Part shown: positions 28,148 through 38,960 of the stretch, piece after piece
Layout: every line of letters starts with the position of its first letter
How positions within the stretch are numbered: position 1 is the stretch's first letter
From: Octopus bimaculoides
Lineage: Eukaryota
DNA: 64,000 nt
Direction of reading: 5' to 3'
NCBI RefSeq assembly: GCF_001194135.2
Contig: NC_068990.1
Span: forward strand, 17,466,795 to 17,530,794
Translations under genes and position numbers: made by a program
Notes under the pieces: model-generated
What the model was told of the DNA's origin: nothing
The model's database searches: none
Seen by the model: the letters and a program-made list of their open reading frames with translations, nothing else

Positions 28148-31100
28148 TAGTACTTTTTTAATAACAGTGACCCAACATGGCTACAGCCTCTGGCTGAAAC
28201 CAATTCTAGAATAAATCCGCTATCAACAATCATCCAGGGGCATACCCATCGCTAAGGGGCCCACTGGATGGCACTGCCCCCTCACTATTCAATGGTGCAC
28301 CCTCAGATTTATTCCACTTTGGCATTATTACAAATTAGTACTCACCCAAAATATATAGAAGCACCCCTAGGCACCAAAGTCTGGTGACGGGCCAGAGATT
28401 GAGCTGCGATACAGTAGCATCGTGTCAGCCAAGAACATTCGAACAAAGTTATTTAATCACGTCGGTTTATTTTACCGAACCGCTAAGTTACGGAGACGTA
28501 AACAAACCAACACCGGTTATCAAGTAGTGATGGGAGCAAACATAATACACACACACACACAACAGGCTTCCTCCAGTTTCTGTCTACCAAATTCATTCAC
28601 AAGACTTTGGTCGGCCCGAGACTATAGTTGAAAACACTTGCCCAAGGTGCCACACAGTGGGACTGAACCCGAGACCACATGGTTGGGAAACAAACTTCTG
28701 AACCACAGTCACGCCTACGTCTATATGTTGCTATTTCGATTGTATGAAAACTTAACCTTTTCTACATAAAAGCCTAAAGCGCGAAAGTATACCAGATGTC
28801 ATTGTCAAAAATGCGACATAAATTTATTAAACAAATGACCCAGTCTTCAGTGAAGCGACAGTGAAATTTTAATAAATAAATAAATAAATGTCACAATTTC
28901 TGCTCCATTTATAAACTTAGTATACTGTCATTTAAACATGTGACTTATTCTTTTTGATTTTATATTTTGAATAAAAAAAGCAAAGTTCAAATTTCTCCTC
29001 ATAACAAACATTATAATGTTCAGTGGTACTCAAGTCTCTAATACAAACGAGATAGATAGATAGATAGATAGATAGATCAACAGACACATACATACACACC
29101 TCTCTATATCTATGTATGTATACATATTTATGTAAAACCAGAGTGGGGTGGAGTATCGCGACGTGGCTACACGATCTGCTAGAAATAACACCCTATGATT
29201 TTTTTAAAAAGTGGGGAAAGGGCACATTATATAATGTAGTCCTAGATACACTGCCTGGAAGAAAAATAATGACAAAATGATCACATATGTTATGTTTTTA
29301 ATCATAGACCAGCTAGATCAAGGTTAAACGATGAGAACAACAACAATAATCGGTATTTTAGTGACTGGCCGGTGAGAAGTGATCTTAAAAGACAATGTAC
29401 ACGAGTCTATTCACTATCATGAATGTATACAGACTGTTTTTTAGTTGAATTAGACAAACAATGAAGAAAATAACAACTAGCATTGTGGGCTGTTCTGACA
29501 GGTCAGGTATTTGTTTCTATGACCTAAAAATGTGGGTGTGTTTGAATGTTGAATGAAAACCGGATGGTCGGCTACTGGGTGCTGCGAGGAGATAAGATTC
29601 AGAAGCTGGCTGTCAAACTGTTAAGTTATACAAATGATCTAAATATCAATTTAGAGGAGCGGGAAAGAGAGTGAATGTGTGTATAGGAAATTGTTAGTTC
29701 TTATTGAAGTCAACAAGTTATGAACAATGTTATGAATTCATTAAATAGATATTGTCTTATTGCAAATATTTATAAAGGTAATCCAAGAGAATAGAGTCGG
29801 AAATTATGTAGTGCACCAAAAACTATAATTTCTTCGGATTTGTGTTTTAAGCATCGTAGATTACGAAGTCGGGGAAAAAGGAGAAGTGGATGAATTTTGA
29901 TCCCCCTCTTAGCGAAAATTTTCACTTTTGACTTATTTTCGAAAACTTTTTCGGACTTGTATTACGTATATTTTGAAGAATCATAAATCGTAGATGTTTA
30001 AAACATAAATCTGAGTAAAATCATCGATAAATAGTGAAAACTGAAAATTTGCGGGGAAATGAGAGGTACTCCTCATCCCGCATACCTTTCTTCTTCTTGG
30101 AAAAGTATTGAATACTCATTATTTCGTATCTCAAACCAAAACGTGTGCGCAATTAATGTATATTTTCTTAACAAACAGCGTATAATTTCGTCTCGTCAAC
30201 CGAGAGTGAAACTAGAGGTTTTCATTTTGTTCTGTCCACAGAGAGATTATTAGCGTACAGCTGATAAAAACCTTGTGGATGAATTTGGTAGACGGAAACG
30301 GAAAGCTCGTTGTGTGTGTGTATGTGTGTGTGTTTGTGTGTGTGTGTGTAATGTATGTATATGAGTGCATGTTTGTATCTGAGTGTCTGTTACATTTGCG
30401 TTTCTCCAAAAATAGTCGAGCTAGAAGCGAGACATTGTTAACAAACCGTCCGTTAGCTTTGCGACTTTGAAGACATGTGGAATAAGAGGGTGAGTGATGG
30501 TTAGCGACAAGAAGGGCATCCCACTGTAAAACAATGCCTAAAGTAATATCTTCGTCAAAGCCAAACTAGCATAGAAAAAAAGGTCATAAAAAGCCCCGTT
30601 TCTTTTACTGTCCAACAATTGAAAATATATGAGTATCAGAGACATTCACTCCAAACCACGAGCCAACAAACGGCAACCAAATCTCCTTTATATATATATA
30701 TATATATATATNNNNNNNNNNNNNNNNNNNNNNNNNNNNNNNNNNNNNNNNNNNNNNNNNNNNNNNNNNNNNNNNNNNNNNNNNNNNNNNNNNNNNNNNN
30801 NNNNNNNNNNNNNNNNNNNNNNNNNNNNNNNNNNNNNNNNNNNNNNNNNNNNNNNNNNNNNNNNNNNNNNNNNNNNNNNNNNNNNNNNNNNNNNNNNNNN
30901 NNNNNNNNNNNNNNNNNNNNNNNNNNNNNNNNNNNNNNNNNNNNNNNNNNNNNNNNNNNNNNNNNNNNNNNNNNNNNNNNNNNNNNNNNNNNNNNNNNNN
31001 NNNNNNNNNNNNNNNNNNNNNNNNNNNNNNNNNNNNNNNNNNNNNNNNNNNNNNNNNNNNNNNNNNNNNNNNNNNNNNNNNNNNNNNNNNNNNNNNNNNN

Positions 31101-33429
31101 NNNNNNNNNNNNNNNNNNNNNNNNNNNNNNNNNNNNNNNNNNNNNNNNNNNNNNNNNNNNNNNNNNNNNNNNNNNNNNNNNNNNNNNNNNNNNNNNNNNN
31201 NNNNNNNNNNNNNNNNNNNNNNNNNNNNNNNNNNNNNNNNNNNNNNNNNNNNNNNNNNNNNNNNNNNNNNNNNNNNNNNNNNNNNNNNNNNNNNNNNNNN
31301 NNNNNNNNNNNNNNNNNNNNNNNATATATATATATATATATAAAATACTAATTGGAGATAGGTCATCTACGTTCCTTGCAACCGCAGCTAAAGCCTCTCC
31401 CCGTTTTTTTTAGTCTAATACCAGGAGTCAAGGACTGTTAAGGGTTAGGTAATGTCACTTGCAATAAATAAAACTTAGAAAATAAAATTAAAAGGATTAA
31501 ATCTCAAAACCAGAAGATGGATAATAATACAGAGCCTCTACGTGGTCGCCCAACTCGCTAGACATAGCAGCCAAGTTTACCTCAGTGTCACACTGCTGTT
31601 TTAAGAAAGGAAAAGAAGAATTGGATGATGTATTCTCAGGCATATTTCTTTAAAAAATATATAAAGAGAGAGACAGAGATGCTCATGGTTAGAATGCCTT
31701 TGATCATAAGCCGGTCCAGTGAGAGCTAACCTGGGGTTAAACAAGGAAACAAGTGATCACAAAAATCGTTCAAGTTCATACTATCACGACTCCCAAACAT
31801 TTGTGTGTGTGTGTGTGTGTGTCCTCAATTGTGTATGCTTGAGAGTGTGTGCATGTATGCGTATGCTTGTGTATGTGTGCGTACACGAACTCAAGACACT
31901 AAAACACAAAAAGCCAGACAAATGCCCTGACACATACACGTGCATAAATCCCTCCCTATACACTCCTCTCTCTACATAGACACAATAAGGTTTATATGTA
32001 GTGTCTGTGAGGCTATACAATTACAAGCTATGAAATTCGATATGTTTCACCATTCCCTTCTGAAGTCTTCATCGAATAAATATCTTTAACGTAAAAAGAA
32101 GAGGGTGACAGAGACTTCTCCACGTTTTAAATCAGATAAGAGAACATTATAGTTATAATTGTTTATCTTTAATATACTGTGAAGTTTATAAGAATAAAGC
32201 ATAAAGTTGACATTCCGTTTTGAATTCACTGATTAAGTTAATGCTTATTCGCCACATGAGCGACAAAGAAATAATAAATTACCATACAGACGTGCGTGCG
32301 TGCGTACGCACGTATGTATGTGTATGTGGGTGCGTGCGCTTTAGCGTATGTATGTATATATGTATGCATGAATTCACACATACGTACGTATGTAGAGTAT
32401 GTGTTATAATGATTCGTTACTGGTGGCCAAATGTTTCGCTGTCTGAATTTTTTAAATGAATGAAGTATTTAGTGCAAATAAAGTATATATTTTAATTCAA
32501 TGTAATTTATATCATATATTGTAAAGCGTCAGTGGGTTGGATAACTTGTTACATGCTAAACACTTTACTATTCTAAGAACTACACAGGTTGGGAATTACC
32601 GAAATAAGCATAACTAACATCCAGATGCTGTTTAATGACAATTCATCCCTAACTGCACAGAGATTAGTCATGTATCTCATCAGATTGCATAGAGAAGAGT
32701 AAATGAAACTATATGATGTACTAGTTTCTTTTTTCTTTTCTTACTTTTTTCAGGAGCTCCAGCGATAAGCGAGGTGGAAGGTCTACAGACTCGGAATCGG
32801 AACTTGTTTCTATCTGGGTTTAACAACTGAGACAGTCACAACTAACGATTTCTGATTAAAAAAATTAAAAAATTAAAAAATCATCATCGATTAAATGAAG
32901 CTAAGATGTCCATATCCTTCTTAGGGGTACTCGTGGCCTGAACGAAATTATGGACTGGTTTCGTGCGAAAATTGAAACCGGCTCGCTAGGTGTATAGGTT
33001 CTGATCAGCGGTGTTCACAAGACCCTTTTGTTAATAAATAATGATTTCTTGCGTTAGCACAAAGTAACAAACAATTTGTGACCTTGACTAATGGTTAATT
33101 TATTGCCACTCGATGGTTGTCATCTACAGAGGGGTTTTGAACTCAGATCGTAAAGAAAGAATTAAATCTTAAAAGATTTTAAAATCCAACATTTCACTAA
33201 TTCTGCAGTAACATCACCTTCCTGTATGGTAATAACAACAATAATAATAATTTCTGCCATAGGTATAAAGCCACAAATATTTCGGAGAATATCAAATCGA
33301 CTGAGTAGTTCTAACTGATTTAAAATGACCAACGCTTCCTCTAAGAACATGTTCATAAAAGATTACTTTTTATTAACCTGCTAGGTTTGAAGAAGAGCTA
33401 ATGTCCATGGCCTTTGTATCTCCACTGAA

Positions 33430-33530
33430 ACTTTTGATTGATTCATGCCGATAATATCCAGCTTAAACTGATGCATGTCAATACTTGCAGGAGAAGCATG
33501 AGCAGAAAAAGGATTCCAAAGAATCGAAGT
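33430..33530 (-). mobile_element. Possible RTE-type AP-endonuclease N-terminal relic
   Basis: TSILWN..MHQFKLDIIGMNQSK resembles the APE pattern TWNV..M.RY.LDILG.SE.R. Confidence 0.4.
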
Positions 33531-34842
33531 TCTGCTGTGGAGAGACTGGGCCAAATGTTTAATGCTGGCTTAGAACACAACATCACTGATGGGAGGAAGA
33601 GAGACGACAGAGTGCTTGAATAGCGGTGACACACGAACAAGCCAGATCTGAAGAACAGAGGCCAATATAGTAGTGGCGTAAAAAGTCGATGGATGATACT
33701 GCACACTTGTGGACCAGAATGCTGGTGTGTATCTGTGATTTTATGCCATTCGGTCGAGTGGCTTTTACTCTGAATGCTGTTTAGTGTGTGTGTGTGTGTG
33801 TGTGTGTGAGCAGCTTAGTCCCAGAAGTGGGATCAATAATATTCCATTGTGGATCTTGTAATGTATCATTAGGGTTCTAAAGCCTAAAACTGCGTAATTT
33901 GAACCAAACCCGAATTCCAAACAATACACAAAACACATTGCTCTCCCGTTTTTAACAACCAACATGTTTTTTGGGGGGTTTTTTTTCAAGAAATGAATGA
34001 ATCCATTCAAGTCAGCGACAGCTCTTAATTAAAGCTTTTTCATTTCAATTCAAGTTTCTTGTGTTCCGAAAAAGCAAAACCATGAACGTTACACGATCTC
34101 ATACTTAATTTTCGAAAATTGTATAAAACAAGACCTATTGTTGATTAACCCCACCTCAAAGTTGGTCTTGATCGAGAAGGCAGACCTATGATCCAAAACA
34201 TTTTAGTTAAGTGTTCGAAATCAACTTATATAGAAAAAAGATTGAAAAATGAATGGTGTCCGTTTTAAAAACAATAGAAGTTTAATAGATTTGGCTGCTA
34301 TTTCTAAGAGCAGAGTTGTTGGTATTTTATCTCTCTTCGGGGCTGGCCGAGCAAACATTTAGTCAAAAATATTACGGAAATGACAATCCCATCCCGTTTC
34401 CCTCTAAACACTGCAACAAAAACTATATTATCCAAGGCTGGTGATTTGTAACAGGTTCAATGCCAACTTAAAGTCTCCTTTGGTGGCTTATTTATAGTTT
34501 GAGTTATGTTCAAAGATCGTCACTCCGCAAAGTGGTTTTGATATCCGATTAAAGCCGATTCACACCACTTAAACCGCTGGAATGTGTTTGCAGAAAATAA
34601 GAAAGCTATATCACATGTACCTGATAAAATAAAGATTAAATACAGTCACATTCCAATTCGTTTGAGCCCCATTCCGAAGAATATGAGGAAGACCAAACTA
34701 TGAGACTCGGTACTTTTTATTTTATCGACTCCGGAAAGAAGAAAGGTAAAGATGATTTCGGCAAGAAAGACACAGTAGAATATTTAGTCTCGTTTCTCTA
34801 CGTTCTGTCGTGAAACGCTCCACCTTTCCAAAGTTCTATAAT

Positions 34843-35048
34843 TCTTTCTAGTTTTGGCACAGGGCCAGCAATTTTGAGAGAAGTGGGCAGTCGATTACAT
34901 TGACCCCAGTATTCAACAAGTACTTATTTTATAGACTCCGTAAATAGGAACGGTAAAGTTCGACCTCGGCGGAATTTGAACTCGAAACGTGAAGAAACAC
35001 CACTAAATATTTTCTCCGACGTACTAATAATTCTGCCAGCTCGCCGCC
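34843..35048 (-). mobile_element. SINE family A, full-length copy with a 17-bp TSD
   Basis: The element starts AAGGCGGCGAGCTGGCAG, contains a GTTCRAATTCC B box and ends ..GAAAGA(ATT). The TSD TTCCAAAGTTCTATAAT is at 34826-34842 and 35049-35065. Confidence 0.85.
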
Positions 35049-35619
35049 TTCCAAAGTTCTATAATATAAGCACATGTGTGTGTGTGTATACATTGAGATA
35101 GAAAGATAGATAGATAGACCTATACGTGCGCGCACACATACATACATGTGTGGCTATGTATTTAATATATCAATTTTAATTAATATTTTTAAAAACTTGC
35201 CTCTCCAATACATATATAAAAATACATGACGTACACACACCCACATAAGCAATCGAAGAAGGAGGCACGTAGTCGCTCGGCCCGCTAGAAATAACAGCTA
35301 AATCTTGAATTTGCATCATACTATCTTAAAAGAAAGGACACAGTAGATATTATAGTCTAACCACAATGACCTAAACTAAAACAGGGTGGTCACGGCTATA
35401 ATGTCTTTGATCATAAGTTTTCTCAATCAAGGTTGACCAGGGCTAAAAAAAACCACGCACGCACACACTCACAAAGACAGCTGCTTGGCATGTCTAAATT
35501 AAAAACAAGAGAATCATCTTGTCAGTTGCACAGTGACCGGCTTGGAGTCTGTTGCGAAGGAATGAAGAAAAAATATAAAATATATTTTAAGAGGCTGATA
35601 CAAAAACATACATCGATCG

Positions 35620-35650
<31 letters not shown>

Positions 35651-35816
35651 CAGAGACAGACAAACAGAGATTGGTTGTATATGTGTGTGTGTGTGTGTGT
35701 ATATAGGTAGGTATTATGTCAAAATACCAAGGGGATGAAAGCTTATTAAAACGCCGTACATTAACTATAGATTAAAAATTAATATGAATAACAAAAGAAA
35801 GCATCGTTTATTTCAT

Positions 35817-35856
<40 letters not shown>

Positions 35857-35958
35857 CAGGAGAGAAGAGAGATGGATGGATAAATGGATGGATGGATGGA
35901 TGGATGGATGGATATTATACACACGCACACAGTAATGAAAATATATATTTATACTTAC

Positions 35959-36167
35959 TTATTAGTGGCCGATGTAAGGTGAGCCAGACCCACCGAATAT
36001 CCAAAGTAAGTCTCAGTTTTGCCGCTGTAAACCCGAGCATATTTCGTATCGATATTAAATGCAAAAAGCGGATAGAATAATTGAAACAGTAAGATAGTTA
36101 AGTAACACATGAATCGGTAGCGTGTTTTTCCAAGACTTGAATAAGAGAACCTGTTTAAAATTATCAT
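35959..36167 (-). CDS. Integrin alpha subunit, first coding exon (signal peptide plus start of the beta-propeller)
   Basis: The ORF reads MIILNRF..MCYLTILLFQLFYPLFA|FNIDTKYARVYSGKTETYFGYSVGLAHLTSATN. A hydrophobic signal peptide is followed by the integrin-alpha mature N-terminus FN[IL]D and the YFGYSV motif. It ends at a perfect GTAAGT donor (35958-35953) in phase 2, the phase of intron 1 in vertebrate ITGAV/ITGA5/ITGA2B. An alternative ATG lies at 36110. The subfamily cannot be assigned. Confidence 0.85.
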
Positions 36168-37559
36168 ATTATACGTGTGTGTGTGATCTTGTTTATAAAT
36201 ATATAGTCGAATATATAATTATAAGGTAGTGATTGTGTTGTTTAGCGATCCGTTTCGCAGTAGCAAATAGTTAAAGATTTAAAATGAATTAAAAGTAGGG
36301 TCAAAAACAAAAATGAAGATCACAAATAACTTTCCGTCAGCCTGACTCAATCTGAAAACAACGACTGTTCAAAATCTCAGAATCTCTCTCTCTTTCTCTT
36401 CCTCCCCTGTCTCTTCCTTTTTCTTTTTCTCCCTCCCTCTATTTCCTCTTTCTTTCTGTTCTAATACACTCTCTCTCTCTCTCTCTCTCTCTCGTCGTCC
36501 TGTTCTAATACGTTTCTCTCTATCTTCTGTTACAATGTTTCTTTCTCTTTTTCTTTTCTAGTATGTTTCTCTCTCACTTTCTCGCTCTCTCTCACACTCC
36601 CATATCACCTATTGCTTTTCTTTTTTCATTCAGCCCGTCCTATAAATGCGTGTATATATATATATATATATATATAAATGTGTGTGTGTGTATAAATGCG
36701 TATATTTGTGTGTGTGTGTGTATGTGACCGTAACGCTAGAATGTGCTTATCTATTATGCGCCCTTCTCACTCAACTCGTGTCTAAATGTATGTCCTTGTT
36801 AAGTGTGTGTATATACCTACTAGTCGCTTCATCTAAAGCATATGGATGTGTTTTTTTTTCCTGTATTTACATAGATAGGCCTGTCTTACATTTAATGTGT
36901 TTGTGTATTCCTCTCAGTCAGGCTCACTCTCTTTCACCTACTTACTTTCGTCCACTCCGAATAATTCTCATTCATTCTCACTTTCTCTTTATCTCTCACA
37001 TTTTTATCCCTCTCACCGTCTCTTTGTCTTTGTCTAATAATAATAAAAACCACTATAATGTTAGTCAATTCATCTATTTATTTCCTCAACTCTTACATAC
37101 GGAAGGCTCCAGGACAGGATGATTAATTTTCTACTCTTGAATAACTAACTGACTTAATTGTCACTGTCAACAGGCTGCAGTTAACAAGAAAACAGTGGAG
37201 CTTTAAAATACATAGAAACGTGCGACGGTCGGGACGATTTTAGCACTTTAGCGGTCATGCCAGGAAGAACAAGAATTAGAGATGATGGGGGTGAGAGGGG
37301 GTAGCGAAACAACATTACATACTACAGCAGTAGCAGATTTTATTCTTATTTATTTACTATTATTTCAGCCCATTCACATGTTTTAATGATAGACTGGTTG
37401 GTTGGTTGGTTAGCTACCGCCAGCCATTCATCCGTCCCATCCATCCATACATTCAGACACACATACATATACATACATGCATACATACATACATACATAC
37501 ATACATACATACATACATACATACATACATACACACATACACATACATACATACAAGAT

Positions 37560-37700
37560 AAAACAATCCAGGCGACAGGCAGTGGTCTGCGACGACAAAA
37601 CTCGTATTTGGAAAAAGCGACAGAATGAGTACTGTGAAATCGGTGTGGGGCGTGGAGTATCCAACGTTTCGGACAAAGTCGTTCGTCTTGATTAATATGC
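37560..37700. promoter_or_regulatory. Candidate promoter: CpG-rich unique sequence with an Sp/KLF GC box
   Basis: GGGGCGTGG at 37647-37655 lies in a CG-rich non-repetitive stretch about 1.4 kb upstream of the integrin ATG. A minus-strand GTAAGA donor at 37096 could close a 5' UTR exon. Confidence 0.25.
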
Positions 37701-37834
37701 TTAAGATGATATGAGGGCGGAGGAAAAACAGGAAAGTTTTACATCCTTTCTGTTGTTTACCTTCTATTTTAACACCGTGGAAGGAATCAGTCTAAAGTGC
37801 TGGATACTCCTCACTCCAGACAATTTCATATATA

Positions 37835-37885
<51 letters not shown>

Positions 37886-38383
37886 NNNNNNNNNNNNNNN
37901 NNNNNNNNNNNNNNNNNNNNNNNNNNNNNNNNNNNNNNNNNNNNNNNNNNNNNNNNNNNNNNNNNNNNNNNNNNNNNNNNNNNNNNNNNNNNNNNNNNNN
38001 NNNNNNNNNNNNNNNNNNNNNNNNNNNNNNNNNNNNNNNNNNNNNNNNNNNNNNNNNNNNNNNNNNNNNNNNNNNNNNNNNNNNNNNNNNNNNNNNNNNN
38101 NNNNNNNNNNNNNNNNNNNNNNNNNNNNNNNNNNNNNNNNNNNNNNNNNNNNNATATATATATATATATAGGTGTATAATGGTTGAATTTGGATTCGTCC
38201 TTTAATTGGAGGTTTCCAAAAGAGATTTCTAATGTTGATTCTTCGTACTTGGCTGTGAGTTTATAGACGTTAATTTGCGAAGATATGAAAGTAGTACTTG
38301 TATATAATGTGTGATGCATTTATGGAATGAAGTTCCATAAATACTCCGAGTTTCGTTGGGTTGGACGGATGGATGGATGAAGA

Positions 38384-38426
<43 letters not shown>

Positions 38427-38749
38427 CAGATAGACAGACAGACGGATAGACAGACAGGCAGACAGACATGCAGGCAGACAGACAGACAGACAGACAGATA
38501 TACAGATAGATAGGCAGAGATATATACATAGATAGATACGCACGCACGCACATGCACATATATCACTTATTAAACGATTTGACAACCGCCGATTTCATTC
38601 AGAGATTATGTTCAACACTCACTCGTTGATGACACATTTCTGAATCTATTAACAAGTCTTTCACGCCGTCTGCCTACTGATTCAACACCTTCCCTTTTCT
38701 CTCTACATCTAATTATCGCTGCCAATCCTTTGTAATCCATTGACTTACT

Positions 38750-38960
38750 GCTGGTGTTGTTTAGCCTCAATCCACCCCTGATCGAATAGACCTTTGTCCA
38801 AAGGCATTCAAGCCAAGGCCATCTTGTCTTTTTCCTATGTGCAGGAAATATAGGACCATATCATCCAAAATGTCCTTTTTTTATGACGGTGGGATGTAAT
38901 TTGTAGAATATTTGGCTGTCATTTTCTAGCAGGTCGCGTGTGTATATAGTGACTCCCTTT
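38750..38960 (-). mobile_element. Abundant ~210 bp family F retroposon-like repeat with an (AAC)n end
   Basis: Shared motifs GATTTGGCTGCTATTTCTAGCAGGT and GACCTATGATCAAAGGCATTCCAGCC. Other copies lie at about 8990-9065, 9960-10050, 15890-16010, 23590-23830, 27500-27880, 29150-29340, 31520-31740, 34130-34310, 35260-35435, 40600-40680, 46670-47165 and 50800-50915. Confidence 0.7.

Noticed and set aside
30605-31413. Long ORFs made of X residues (also at 11.7-12.3, 37.7-38.3, 47.9-48.2 and 61.7-62.5 kb)
   Set aside because: They run through assembly gaps.
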